Part shown: positions 1-14,575 of the stretch, in pieces
Layout of the letters: every line of letters begins with the position of its first letter
How positions within the stretch are numbered: position 1 is the first letter of the stretch
DNA from: Octopus sinensis
Taxonomy: Eukaryota
Assembly: GCF_006345805.1 (NCBI RefSeq)
Contig: NC_043008.1
Span: 41,912,001 to 41,976,000, forward strand
Length of the DNA stretch: 64,000 nucleotides
Direction: 5' to 3'
Program-made: the position numbers and the translations under genes
The notes under the pieces: generated by a model
Told to the model about the DNA's origin: nothing
The model's database searches: none
What the model saw: the letters and a program-made list of their open reading frames with translations, nothing else

Positions 1-251
1 ACCATCGGTTGTCAAGCGATGTTGGGGGAACAAACACAGACACACAAACATATACACACACATACATATATATATACATGCATATATACGACGGGCTTTC
101 AGTTTCCTTCTACCAAATCCACTCACAAGGCTTTGGTCGGCCCGAGGCTATAGGAGACACTTACCCAAGGTGCCACGCAGTGGGAATGAAACCGGAATGA
201 ACCCATGTGGTTGATAAGCCAGCTACGTACCACACAACCACTCCTGCGCCT
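1..251 (-). mobile_element. SINE family A (tRNA-headed), cut by the window edge
   Basis: Reverse complement begins AGGCGCAGGAGTGGTTGTGTGGT with a B-box-like GGTTC and aligns to the full copy at 52928-53348. Confidence 0.85.
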
Positions 252-369
252 ATACTTAACGATAGCAGGAGTGAACCCTTAAACTGACCAGCCAGTTTTG
301 GCTTTTTCCGTAGCCATCGGCAGTAAGGACACCTCGTTTGGTTGATTCCGGGTTGCCTCACCTATCAGA

Positions 370-418
<49 letters not shown>

Positions 419-425
<7 letters not shown>

Positions 426-712
426 ATCACGTGACCGACCAGACCATCATATGTTGCTACACATCGCTGGTCACAATGCGTTCGCATTGTTTTAGTCTTC
501 GAATGACGCCACCCCGCTGGCTAAGCGAGCAGGCCAACAGAAGAAAGAGTGAGAGAAAGAGTACAGCAGGGATCACCACCCCCTGCGGGAGCCTCGTGGA
601 GCTTTAAGGTGTTTTCGCTCAATAAACACACACATTGCCCGGTCTGGGAATCGAAACCGCGATCCTACGACCGCGAGTTCGCTGCCCTAACCACTAGGCC
701 ATTGCGCCTCCA
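419..712 (-). mobile_element. SINE family B (tRNA-headed)
   Basis: Minus strand GGAGGCGCAATGGCCTAGTGGTTAGG...GGTTTCGATTCCC gives A and B boxes. Second copy at 62182-62423. Confidence 0.85.
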
Positions 713-735
713 CACACACACACACACACACACAT

Positions 736-780
<45 letters not shown>

Positions 781-863
781 CCATAGAAATGTATGGATAA
801 TTTAGCAGATCGCTAATGGGTATACAAACAATTAATAGAAACAGCTGTTTGCAATGTTATACC

Positions 864-1094
864 TATTTTATTACTACCCACAAGGGGTTAAACACAGAGA
901 GGACAAACAAGGACAGAGAAACGGATTAGGCCGATTACGTCGACCTCAGTGCGTAACTGGTACTTATTTAATCGACCCCGAAAGGATGAAAGGTAAAGTC
1001 GACCTCGGCGGAATTTGAACTCAGAACGTAGCGGCAGACGAAATACCGCTAAGCATTTCACCCGGCGTGCTAACGTGTCTGCCAGCTCGCCGCC
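864..1094 (-). mobile_element. SINE family C, full length with 17-bp TSD
   Basis: GTTTGCAATGTTATACC at both 847-863 and 1095-1111. Head GGCGGCGAGCTGGCAGA...GAGTTCAAATTCC. Central CCTTTCATCCTTTCGGGGTCGAT..AAGTACC resembles the Deu/Nin SINE domain (recalled). Confidence 0.9.
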
Positions 1095-1580
1095 GTTTGC
1101 AATGTTATACCGTAAATGAAAATTATAGTCATCAACTAAACTTGACTAAGGGCATGAATAACACCTATATTGCTATATATTGAATAACACCTATATATTG
1201 AATATTGAATAACACATATATGTGTGTGCGCGCGCGTGGGTATACTGCTTTGTAGGAGCATTATTGTTTTATGTTTGCGAGAGATTAGTTGTATTACTTT
1301 ATATAATACATAAGGATATATATTTATATGTATATATTTGTATGCGTGTGTGTGTTTTGAGAGAGAAAGGGAGAGAGGGAGAGAGAGGGAGAGGTGCTCG
1401 TTCCTGTGCTGATGCATACAAAGACAGTCATACTGCCCAATCTACGACTCGAAGAGGTAACGCACTCGATAGATTTTTGGGGTGCAATTCAATCTTGTAT
1501 TCGTATGGAAAATTCCGCTAACACAGAGTAAGCTAGCAGTTTCATTCCGTGCACATCTGTACGTAAGTGCGATACGTACG

Positions 1581-1611
<31 letters not shown>

Positions 1612-1925
1612 TTAGACATGTATATATATGTAAATATATATTGCATGTAATTATTTCATCTGTAATAGTTAAAGATAGGTTATCATATATACATTAATAA
1701 ATATATATTACATATTTGTATGTGTGTGCGCGTGTGGGTATATGTGGTTGATCGTATAGAATAGAATCACACATATTTACTGAAAACAAAGAATTAGGAA
1801 CTGCTACGTCAGTACAAGTGAGGTTATATTTATACTTCAAGTATTTTGCTCTTGTGTTCTCCATCTGACAATGGCTATTATTTATACAAAGGAAAGTACA
1901 CTAAAACAATACTTGTGCATGTCTT

Positions 1926-1983
<58 letters not shown>

Positions 1984-2295
1984 TATGTGTGTTGGTGTAC
2001 GTCCGTGTAAGTTGCGCTTAGTTTCGATGTTAATAATTATCTGTTTTTCTTTCAATAAGCTAATTACATTTGAAATGTTTATGAAAGCCTTTCAAACGCA
2101 CCGACACGTACGCAATGCCACACACATTCACACACATACACACACATACACACACATACACGTACAGACACGCATGCTCATAGATACATGTGCAATACAC
2201 ATGTATTTGAAGATAAAGATGTGCCTGTACATGCGGTTATCTACATGTGTGTACGCATACATGTGCGAATCTCCATGCATGTATGTATATGTATG

Positions 2296-2335
<40 letters not shown>

Positions 2336-2796
2336 AACATATATATGTATATGTATGTTTATATATATATTTCCATGTGTATGCATAATATATATATATA
2401 TATATGTATCAATGTGAATGCGTGTATACATACACACAGACACACACACGCACACACACACATATATAAATATATATACACATAGACACACACATACACA
2501 CAAACATACACACACACACACAAATGCACACATATACGCAAACAAACACTCACAGCATTTCAAAAACTTCTACATTTCATATAACATTTCCAGAGCTGTG
2601 GAGATTTCTCCTGGAGATATACGTGACAAATTGCTGTTCTCTATTTTGGCAACTAAAATTAAAACTATACTAAAACAACAACAACAACAACAACAACAAA
2701 GACTATAAAAGTTCATATATATATTTATTATTTGTTTCTTTTCTATTGTTTTGGTTTGTGTTTGTTTTGCGAGCAGATTATATTGTTATGATTCTT

Positions 2797-3016
<220 letters not shown>

Positions 3017-3557
3017 TAATTTTTCAGTATTAGCAAGTAATACACAATCGTGACACGAAAAATGAAATATAGTTTTCGAAAGAGAATAATAATTAACAAT
3101 GAGCTTTTGTTGGTTGTTTGAAAAGAATAAGGTGGGTGGTAGATTGAGGGGATGCGAAGAGAAAGTGGCGGTGAAGATAAAGGTGAGGGGGGAAAACCTA
3201 TAACAATTAAAACAAAAGTATCCGAACATAAAATCAAATGCTAAAAGTATTGCTCTTAATTTTCTTTTAAAAGCGTATAGAAAATTTCCCAACAGACCGT
3301 TATGAAAATTAAACTGTAGATTGCGAATTTACTAAAACGCTCTTATACACTAACAGAACTGTTTTCGAAAGTCAAATGTGAGATTCTTGATTCTCTCACA
3401 GCAGTCATCCCTGATCAATTACTTTGTATTACTCATATGTTTGATGCCATCCCTGCTCTAATTTGTGTTGCTGTTCCTGTTGTTGTTCCTGTTGTCGCCG
3501 TCGTTAGTAATTATCTTATATCTCACGAACTCTTGTGCTGTACTATGTTGCTTTCTT

Positions 3558-3585
3558 AACAGATAGAAAGATAGATGGATGGATT

Positions 3586-3672
<87 letters not shown>

Positions 3673-3681
3673 GGATGGATG

Positions 3682-3747
<66 letters not shown>

Positions 3748-3757
3748 TAAGTAGGTT

Positions 3758-3846
<89 letters not shown>

Positions 3847-3965
3847 GTAGACGGACGGATCGATGGATGGATGTATGATTGATAAATAGATAGATACATA
3901 CATACATACATACATACATACATACATACATACATACATACATACATACATACATACATACATGC
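3558..3965. repeat. Compound (TAGA)n/(CAGA)n/(TACA)n microsatellite
   Basis: Read directly. Confidence 0.95.
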
Positions 3966-4028
3966 ACATGTACCTTTGATTACAAGAACGTCACTGTCTC
4001 TCTTGTTCAGCGTTCAAAGTGTGATGTG

Positions 4029-5610
4029 TACTCATAATTTCTTTGTAGACGACCTGAAGATTTATGCTAAAAGTGCTAGCAATACCAAAAATAATTGGAA
4101 TTAATAGCATTTTCAGCTGATATAGACATGGAATTTGGCTAAAAGAAATATTCATATTTGGTTGTTATAGAACGAGGAAAGTCAGTCCCCTAAACCCAAT
4201 ACCTGTGCATCAACGGTCTCTCTATCTCCCCCATTCCACATAAATAATTTTGCAAATACCCAGGCATAGACGGAAATGTATCATATGAAGATACTGTGAA
4301 TAAAGATAGAGTGGCCCGAGAATATTACACCAGATTTAGGAAAATATGGCAGGGGGAACTCTCCTCTTACAACAAAACAATATCTCACAATGCATTTGCA
4401 GTACTAGTGCTGATCCCAACATCTGAGATACTTGATTGGTCTGTAGAGGAAATCCACTCCATAGATATCAAAACCCGCAAAATACTGACATCAACTGGGA
4501 ACTTCCACAGAAACAGTAATGTTGGCAGGCTCTACTTAAGAAGAAATTAAGGTGGTAGAGGTCTGATATCAGTGCAGATGGCCTTCGAATGCCGAAGAGT
4601 ATCAGTCAGTTTGCACCTTCTGGACATCAGCAGTAAAAATAAATATATTAAAGCAGTCCTGAATAGTGAAGTGAGCAACATTGTACGAGTTGGTAGTGAA
4701 CTCCTCAAGAAACACTCTCTCGTACACAGCCCCAAAACAGCTGGGACGGAAAGCACTCAGCTTACAAAAAAAACATGGATTGGTATGTTGTATGGAAGCT
4801 TGAGGAAGACGGTAGAATTGACAGGAAGCGCAGCCTCTTTTGGATACAAGACCACTATACTTTGAAGGCTATGCGTTTTAAATCCAGGAACAGAAGATTG
4901 CCACAAAGTACCTGGTGAAAAAGAGAGACAGTGACGCACTTGTAATCCCAAGATGCAGCCTCATATGTAGGCTATGTCATATTTCTGTGATATTACGCAT
5001 GTGATTAGCCGCTGTCCTAAAATGTCACTGTACTAACTCCCTATGCGGCACGATGTTGTTAAAACAAATTACAATGCCATCCACAAAAAAGACTGTCCTG
5101 AACTACATTCATAAACACCAACTCAAGGAATACCGGTGGAATATTCCCATCAAAATTCCTGTCAAATGTAAGCACAAGAGGCAGGATATTGTTGTTTGAG
5201 ACAGTGGGGCAGAGATATATACCATCATAGAGGTTAGCTGCTCTGTATATATAAATATCTCTTTGAAAATCAAAAGTAAAAGAGGATATCTATGGATAAA
5301 TGCTTCCAAATCTCCAGCTTCTATATCCAGACTATGAATTCATATTCATACCAATAATATTTGGAGCACTAGGAAATGCTTAAAGGAAAATCTGGATAAA
5401 CTGGGATTTTCAGAAAGAGAAATTGACCGGCCGATTCGTACATTACAATTGCAATCTGTGAGTGGAACAGTAGAAATATGCAAGACTTTTCTCAAGTTCC
5501 AAATGTGAATTTGTCTGTGTTAACTACATCCGAAAGATGGAGCCTTGTATCTTTTTTGGAAACTGGCTCCCTCCTCAAGGGAAGATTTATAATAATTAAA
5601 AAATAGAATA
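4029..5610 (+). mobile_element. Decayed R4/Dong-clade non-LTR retrotransposon, 3' half (RT, cysteine knuckle, restriction-like endonuclease)
   Basis: THNFFVDDLKIYA (RT core), HNAFAVLVLIP...DIKTRKILT...GRLYLRRN*GGRGL, HVISRCPK, RHD, and xxDIV...IIEVSC. Many stops and frameshifts, ending KICKTFLKFQM*. Confidence 0.85.
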
Positions 5611-6639
5611 GACGTACATACATATATATATACCACCTCTCTGAATTAACTGCAGATTTCACTACATATTCTATTCATAAATATCCTTCACTCGGTGGAA
5701 GCGTAGATCTGTCATGAAACCTTTTTCGAATATTGGCGTGTCGATGTGAAAGTAAGTCTTCATAAATATTCTTCATTCGTTGAAGCTGTAGATCAGACGA
5801 GAAATTTCTTGCGGAATAGGGCTGGACGGAAAGCAGCAGTAAATATTCTTCTTTCGGGGAAAGCTACAGACATGATATGAACGATTTTGGAGTAGAAGGG
5901 TTCTAAGGGAAAGAAAGAAAAATATATTGATCTAAGTATTGTCAACAATTATTGTATATCATTAATACGTATGATTAGAAACAGAGAGTATTATAATACG
6001 ATTTCTTCATATTGATAATAATGATTTTTTTACTACAATAATAATGATTTATAAATATATATCTCTTGTTATTTATCTTCTTACATTTTTATATCTATAT
6101 TGTGGTAGTTATCCAGAGAGATGTACGTACGGCGCCATCTTCTTTATAGCTGCCATTGTTATGAACAGCCATATACAACGTCATGAAATTAATTGAATTG
6201 TAAAGATTTTTTTCTCTTTGTTTGCTTACAATTTCGTTATGTTGGTGTTTACTTATATACTCACGTATTATTGAGGTCTATAAAGAATTTTTTTGTGTTC
6301 AATGGAGTTGCATCGTATTGCTAAGTGCGTAACGAGATGTATGACACCCGACTTGTTGAAAACACACAAACACCCGTTAACGTCTGACATTTTCCTTTTT
6401 CCGGACGATAAGGGCTGTGCACTTACTCTTTATTTTTTCAGGGCTCCTGAGACAGGCGGAAAGAAGAAAAAGAAGTTGTCCTATAATCCATGAACCAGGC
6501 CTGAATGTTTGCAACGAAGACAATCCTCTAACGGCAACTAAATTCTAAGGGGTGATGTTGAACAAGATTAAATCTAAAATCCAAGAACTCAAAACACAAA
6601 TGCCAGCCAAGAGGCATCTCATTCGACGATATATCAATT

Positions 6640-6800
6640 CTGCCAACCCACAGCCCTGGACTGGTACTTTCTTTCAATGACTCTGATAGGATGGAAGGCA
6701 AAGTTGACTTCTGTGGGATTTGAACTAAGAATGTAGGAAGCCAGAGGTAATACTTCGACATGTTCTCCTACGCTCCAACGATTCTGCCAATTCACGCTTC
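6640..6800 (-). mobile_element. SINE family C, diverged
   Basis: GGATGGAAGGCAAAGTTGACTTCTGTGGGATTTGAACT matches 864-1094. Confidence 0.7.
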
Positions 6801-7452
6801 GTGCTGTTAGCCCCCTCTCTCTTCCTCTCTCTGCCGCTCTCCCTCTCTTTCTCTCTCTCTCACCCTATTTATGTATCTGCCTATCTTACTTTCAATCTCA
6901 TTCTCTTTCTCTTTAATACTATAATGGCCTATGCTTCTCTGACCTAGCTAGTTCCATACTGTATCTACCCATCTTTGTGCCAATCAAAGCTCACCCACTA
7001 CACCTATCATTCTTTCTTTCATCAACCGTGTTACGACTCCCTTTCTTATATCCAGCTTTAACTATTTAATCTCAGTCTTTTCTCTCTCCTCCCCACCCCC
7101 TTGCAACCTTCTCTTACTCCCTTCTTTTATTCGAAATATTTCATTCAGACGTCAGCTTAAATATATTTGAATTGAGATTCAACCATACCCGTCACTTCTG
7201 TCTCGGAGCCCCTAAGGATGCCATATGCATATCTCTTATTCATCAGTTTCCCTGCTTGAGACAGTTGATATCCTTCACTTGAAATACATACTTCACATAC
7301 CCTTGTATTAAGCAGGAACTACACAGAATTCACATTCTTCGGCGCCCAGACTATGGTAGATTTCTTTAAACCGTCTCCGAATTTCAATAACTTCATGTTA
7401 TTTTAATCAATGCCAGAGTTGGATCCGGTTCATAGAAAATAGCACAAATGTA

Positions 7453-7685
7453 GCGGCGAGATGGCAGAAACGTAAGCACGCCGGACGAAATGCTTAGTGG
7501 TATTTCGTCTGTTTTTACGTTGAGTTCAAATTCCACCGAGGTCGACTTTGCTTTTCATCCTGTCGGGGTCGATAAATTAAGTACCAATCACGCACAGGGG
7601 TCGATGTAATCGACTTAATCCCTTTGTCTGTCCTTATGTATCCCCTCTGTGTTTATCCCCTTGTGAGCAATAAAGAAATAAGAAA
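7453..7685 (+). mobile_element. SINE family C, full length
   Basis: GCGGCGAGATGGCAGAAACG...GAGTTCAAATTCCACCGAGGTCGAC...GCAATAAAGAAATAAG. Confidence 0.88.
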
Positions 7686-7759
7686 GTAGCACAAAATTTC
7701 AGAAAGTAGTGAATAGTGTTAAAAAAAACAAAATTGGAACTTTGGTCGTGAATCATACA

Positions 7760-9445
7760 TACAAGGGGAAGTCAAAAGTTATCCACGATTTCGCCAAAAC
7801 TTTCTTTAGGTAGGCCGCACTCACTTCAACACTTGCATTGTAAAGGGTGATACTCTTGTGGTTCCAATTTGATCATTCCAGTTTTCTTTTTTGAGCCACA
7901 AATAAAATATAGCAGCTCTGCCAGCCAATGTGCACCAAAGAAGAACGGGCGTCAATGATCCGATTTCTTTGGTTTGAAAGTGTGCTAGAGACTGAAATTC
8001 ATCGCAGGCTGTTGATACTATATAACGACAGTGGTCTACCACGTAGGAGAGAGTATAAGAGAATGGTGAATGTATGAGAGAATCGGACAAGTGTGAAGTA
8101 CGAATAGAGAGAAGGATGCCAATGAATCACCAGATTCAGTAAGCTCGAGTGATGATTATGGTAAACTGACTAGTGACCATTGATGGAGGGCCATGTTCTC
8201 TGAAAATTTTTAGAGAACATGGATAATTTAAATTATTCACGGTTCTGCATAAAAAATCGTTTTTTCTTCGGTTTGAACGGCAGTTTTTTAAAATAATTTC
8301 CACGTAATTAAACACTTTTAAACTTCGTATACTGGTAGAATGTGTTTATAAAACATCTTTTTCTCTTTGCTTTATTGAGAAAATTCTATGGTTTGTAAGA
8401 TATTTGTTGTTGTTTTTTTCTTCAATTTCTGCAATTTCAACCAATCAATGACGTCTAATGAGGTAAAAAAACATTCTGTGCCGTATGAAAATGTCCCTCG
8501 TTTAAGAAACAGATTGGGTTTATTTACATTTGTGAAGAAAAAAAGATACCCCTCCCCCCCACCCCTAACCCTAACTATCCCTAACCCTAAAACAGATTGA
8601 AATGCAATAGATCGATACTAGGGTCATAATTATAGGTGACAATTTCATATGACACCGTTAGAAAAAACTGCCGTTCAAACCGAAAAGATCCAAAAATCAT
8701 CCATGACAAGCTTCACGTAAAATCTGTGAGAAATCGGTGACGAGAGCTTATGGAAGCACATAAACGCAATCGTGTGGAGATCTGTCAACTCTTACCAGAC
8801 TGCTACAACGATGAAGGTGAAGCTTTATTAGAGAGAATAGTTACAGGAGAGGAGAGCAGGGTCCATCACTTTGAGCCTGAATCCAAAAGAATATAGAGTC
8901 GAAACACTGAAATCTCTACCGAAAAGGAAATTCATGACTCAGCCTTCTGCAGGAACAAATGATACTAACCATTTTGTTGGGTGGGAAAGGACCTATACTG
9001 GAACATTACATGGAAAAGTGGTCTATGATCACCAATGTAGGCTACAGTGAAACGCTAGCCAAGAAAACGAAGCCAATAATTCGCACAAAACGCCAAGGTC
9101 TATTGTCAAAGCAGGTGTTATTCTTGTAAGATAATGCACGCCACACCGTTGATCCTATTGAAAATTGTATTGCTAGAATGCCCTGCTTATAGTCCAGATC
9201 TCGCCACTTCAGACTATCACCTCTTTGGACCGCTCGAAAATCATTTTATGAGGCGTTCGATTTGCTACGTTCGAAGAAGCGCAGCAAGCATACATATATG
9301 GCAGCGCGACCAGCTGAAAAACCTTCTTCTCCGATGGAATAAGCATCTTGTGAACCGCTGGAAGAAGTGTATCGTAGAGTGTAATGTAGAAAGAAATTAG
9401 ATATTAGATTTCAGTAATAAAATGCAGTAACACGTTCCCTTGATG
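7760..9445 (+). mobile_element. Decayed mariner transposon, interrupted at 8259-8691
   Basis: Starts TACAAGGGGAAGTCAAAAGTT. Transposase remnants HGSA*KIIHDKL, RIVTGEESRVHHFEPESKR and PAYSPDLATSDYHLFGPL...LVNRWKKCI. Confidence 0.85.
8259..8691. mobile_element. Non-autonomous TIR element (MITE-like) nested in the mariner
   Basis: 23-bp inverted repeat TTCGGTTTGAACGGCAGTTTTTT at 8267-8289 and 8662-8684. Flanking direct repeat AAAAATC at 8252-8258 and 8692-8698. Internal CCCTAA repeats near 8563-8590. Confidence 0.85.
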
Positions 9446-9613
9446 ATCCATTGCGGGTAAGTAAACAAGGGCACTAGGAACATCAATGCTTAGTTCCAAA
9501 CAACTGCAATCGAGCATCGCCTTGGGTCAAAGAAATCGATCCTCAGACTTATTCCGTCGATCTATTTTGCCTTGCGTTGGAATTAATAATTAATATCACT
9601 TATCTTAATATTT

Positions 9614-9633
9614 TCAGACAGACAGACAGACAG

Positions 9634-9664
<31 letters not shown>

Positions 9665-9743
9665 GACGGACACACAGACGGACAGACAGACAGATTGAGA
9701 GATAGCGAGAGAGAGAAAGAGAAAGACAGACAGACAGACAGAC

Positions 9744-9781
<38 letters not shown>

Positions 9782-9820
9782 TAGATAGATAGATAGATAG
9801 ATTAGATAGATGGATGGATG

Positions 9821-9910
<90 letters not shown>

Positions 9911-9912
9911 CA
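9614..9912. repeat. (CAGA)n/(CA)n/(TAGA)n microsatellite
   Basis: Read directly. Confidence 0.95.
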
Positions 9913-10149
9913 ATTTAGCTGCACCGAAAGTAATGCAAAAGTATACGTACCTTTTTTTAACTGACATAGTTTGTTTGAATTGCGCATGTACACACGAACC
10001 CACACAACATGACTTCCTTCATCACAAGCGGTGTTTTTGCGCCAAAGTTTAATCCATCTTTCGCAGCCTCCCTAAGAAAATTTAGGTCTGCACTCCTGTA
10101 TCTACTGTTCACAGCCACTTTCACTCTACCTGTCATCACATCTCTCTAA

Positions 10150-10790
10150 TGAAAGACAGTCTTCTGTATTTTATTGGAAAGAACAGATGGAAGTCACAAG
10201 ATGCTGTATCCAGGCTGTCCAGTACTCAAAGGACTGCTGACCAGCGCAATTACTAAATTGTGTGATTCGATGTTAAATAACGTGTTTGGTCACAAATTGT
10301 TATTGTGAATGTGGATCGTATTCAGATTTTTGTTCGGTTTTTCTCCACTTAAATAGCTTCTCTGAGCTTTTTGAATTTTCAGGGTAACCGATCGCTGTTT
10401 AAAATGCAGTTACATTTCGGGAAAAAGGGACAATGACGCCCTTTTCCTCCCAATAAGAGTTACCAAAACTTTCTGAACCGATCGCTGGCTCTTCAGAAAG
10501 AGGCGTGACAGAATCACAAGAGCCTCCGTTTCTGGATCATAAGTATGCGTACACGTTTCAGCATTTGTCACCAGAATAGAGAAAACATGTCTCGATTGGC
10601 GTTAAATGTTTCAAGCAGATCAAAGCAGATTTCCACACCTCCTTCCTTGGAATCGGCAACTACCAAGTTAACTCGGTTTGCACACACTTTCCGATTGCCC
10701 AAACTCATCCCAAATCTTCAGTAAATCCATTGACTACAGTCTAGTTGTGCTGCAAAAATAACATCGGAAAGTCCTAAAACATATCATAAT
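10150..10790 (-). mobile_element. Highly decayed mariner transposase fragment
   Basis: Minus-strand remnants IWDE.GNRKVCANRV, LVTNAETCTHTYDPET, QRSVQKVLVTL..EEKGVI and DTASCDFHLFFPIK. Confidence 0.7.
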
Positions 10791-11266
10791 CCACTAACTA
10801 TGACCCAATTTGGTTACCATGTGCCAGGGAACATTTGAAGAAGTATTGGAATGAGCGTGCTTAGGTAGACGTATACCGTATTTCTGAGCAATCTTAAATA
10901 TTCATTTTAAGTTACTAAATATTATGTCGATCAGTTGAGATTTTGTTACTTGCTGATTCGCTTCATATGCCTTAGACCTTAACACCTTGTCGTTCATAAT
11001 TTAGACCCATTGATTCGATAATAACAACCACATTTCTTTTCAGAAATGCCATATTATTATAGTTCAAAGAAATGAGTTTACGAATACTATCGTGTAACTG
11101 AATAATGGGTTTTTTTCACATTCGCTTCTATCGTATTCCGAGCAATAAACTTTTGTATTTCTCCCTTGGTCTTTGTATTTAAGTGTTGTGTGTGTCTGTG
11201 GAAGAAAGAGAGTGGCATAAAACAGATTTTGTTTGCTTTGTTTTTTATTAGACATTTTTTCGGTAA

Positions 11267-11298
<32 letters not shown>

Positions 11299-12023
11299 AA
11301 AGGTGTGTAGTATCGACCAGCGCAGTCACTAAGTTCAAAGAAATAATTTTTTTTTATTCTAAACATCAACAGAGATGTGGAAATATTGAAAGTACGAGTA
11401 GGTTGTACAACAAAAATTCTTCAAAGAATCACCATCTTATTAGTGCACCGAGTGACCGTAAAACTGAGAGAGAGATGTTACAGAAATAAAACTATGTGAG
11501 GAAAACTACAACATACGAATTACATGCAATACCTTTGAAGTGTGTTGTTTGAGACTAAAATACGTAAGATTTTTGCACCAACATAGAATATTATCTGTAT
11601 TTTATTCCTGTGTTTTATCCGCTGCTATTTTGGAATATCAACACGATCTTCACAGCGGCAATACTTTCGCGATAATACAGTGTGACTTCATCTATAAAAG
11701 CTTCACTGACCCTATTAATGACTATACAGTCTTTTTGAAAGTCACTACTTTTGTTTTACTTTTTCATGTGAGAGTATATAACGCATACATGTGTATGTGT
11801 ATCTGTGTATGTCTACCGGTATATGCATGCGTGTAGCTATAGTGCGTGTATATGGACAAAAAAAATTATTTTCATTCCACATTTTCCTAAATGAATTGAA
11901 TATGATTATCTCTCTGTGCCTATAGACGTTTGTGTGTACGCATTCTTCCGTGAATGTATAAACAATATGGACTTGATGATAAGAATAATTGAGTTTCTAA
12001 GCATAAACGCACAAGTACACACT

Positions 12024-12066
<43 letters not shown>

Positions 12067-12249
12067 ATCTGTGCCAATTTATGCATACATAATTGTCAGT
12101 ATGTGTGCATATATACATATGTATGTCTATGGACAGATATATATATATGTATATAAATATATTTTTGCTATGTGTATAAGACATATATATAATATATATG
12201 TGTGTGTGTATAAGACAATATATAGATATTATATATATATGTTGTATAA

Positions 12250-12345
<96 letters not shown>

Positions 12346-12537
12346 CTATATACCTATATATATATATATATATAATATATATATATACAAATACAAATAT
12401 TTTTAAAAAATTTAATTGTTTTCCATACTTAAAGTTGATAAAGGCTCAATGACTGAAACCGGTACTGAAATATTTTTTATAAAATTGTTTTAGCATTCTC
12501 TATCTTGACTTTTTTCCATATATATATATATATATAA

Positions 12538-12778
12538 ATCCGCCCTTTTAAAGCCTGGCCAGGCTCATGGGCCCGGTTTCCCGGTTTCTATGGCGTATGT
12601 GTTCCCCAGCTGGACGGGACGCCAGTCCATCGCAGCGTTACTCATTTTTGCCAGCTGAGTGGACTGGAGCAACGGGAAATGGAGTGTTTTGCTCAAGAAC
12701 ACAACGCGTCGCCGCCCGTCCAGGAATAGAACCACAATCTATGATCTCATACACTAACCACTAAAGCCCCCGCGCTCC
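12538..12778 (-). mobile_element. SINE family D (tRNA head plus CORE-like domain), tail type 1
   Basis: Minus strand GCGTTGTGTTCTTGAGCAAAACAC...GTTGCTCCAGTCCACTCAGCTGGCAAAAATGAGT, shared with 36800-37003 and 39483-39800. Confidence 0.82.
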
Positions 12779-12808
12779 ACACACCACACACACACACACC
12801 ACACATAT

Positions 12809-12904
<96 letters not shown>

Positions 12905-13205
12905 ATATATATAAAGGATTATACACATCAGTGTGTTGTCTGTGCGTTTCGTGTTGGAACAGTCATCCATGTGTCTGTGCTTATATATGCGTGCAGAACA
13001 TTTGCGTGCTTATATTTCTATGGAAATACATACTTTTTACCATGAAGCAAATGGTAATGAATTTGTGTACTTATATAATATAATAGTAAGTAAAAAGTGT
13101 CAGATGGCATGTGAAAAACATTTCCCTTTTACACTCTCCCTTTGTCTGCTTATGTGTGCGTGTTTATATGTGCGTGTGCGTGGATATATATATATATGTA
13201 TATGT

Positions 13206-13255
<50 letters not shown>

Positions 13256-13425
13256 CACATATATATATTTGAATGTATACACACGCCCACACACAATATG
13301 CATATGCTCATAACTGTGTATGTATCAAAAAACCGCACGATGGCCATATATAATATATATGTGTGTATTCATTTATATATATATATATATATATCTATAT
13401 ACATATATATATATATATATATATT

Positions 13426-13465
<40 letters not shown>

Positions 13466-14517
13466 TGTATATATATATATTATATATATATATATATAAT
13501 ATATATATGTACAGAGGAGAGAGAGAGAGGGAGAGAGAGATGTGTATGTATATATATACGTAACTGATATACATATACTTTGTATATATATATATATAAT
13601 TGATGTATATATATCGATAGATATATCGGTAGACAGAGAGACAGACAGAGAAAGAGGAGAGAGAGAGAGAGAGATAAGAGGGGTATATGTATATATCCTT
13701 CTTTGCCACCTTTTCAGTATCAAATAGCTATTTAATGAATTACTTGAATGCATTCATCAACTTGAGTAGATAAAATAGACAAATAACATTTATATTGGTG
13801 GCGTTTTGGCGCGAACGGGAATGAAGAAAAATGTCGAAATAAAAAAAAAACAATAAAAAATAACCAGAGATACAAAAGTGTAAAACATGTCGCAGAAATC
13901 ATAAAAAAAAGGCAACGCAAGACATACATTTGACTTTTCGTATTGACTGACGATGTATAGCAATAATCCCGTCATTTACACATGTGAAACGAAGTAGGTT
14001 GCAAAGTTTCATTTCAGTGACAACGAAGGTGTTGTGTTCGTTGTAGCCAGAATCAATGGAAGTTGACTTACTGCGTTTCATGCATTTCTACTGGGTGTCA
14101 AAAAGAATGTGTTTGCTTCACACTCACAGCACATAAACAGCCCGCACACACACACACAGACACAGACACACGCGTCCACACACACGCAAATATAAACATA
14201 CACACATACATGTATATATATTTTTTTTAAGTTTCAGCTAAGAGCTGCAGCCATATATACACATGTACGTATATATTTACATATATTAGTATATATTAAC
14301 ACGTATGTATATATACATATACATATATAAATATATGTAATATTGCCTATAATATATATATATATAATATATATTATATATATATATATATATTATATAT
14401 ATACATATATTTTACATATATACTTTATATATATATAAATTTATATACATGTATATATATATATTACATATATTTACGTATATATGTACATATATACATA
14501 TATTATATATATATCGG

Positions 14518-14575
<58 letters not shown>

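Noticed and set aside
5675-5900. Repeat-spacer pattern as a CRISPR array or zinc-finger array
   Set aside because: Units are too diverged, the context is eukaryotic with no cas genes, and no C2H2 spacing was found in the frames read.
8563-8590. CCCTAA repeats as a telomere or fusion scar
   Set aside because: Only a few units, and they lie inside a TIR-bounded element.
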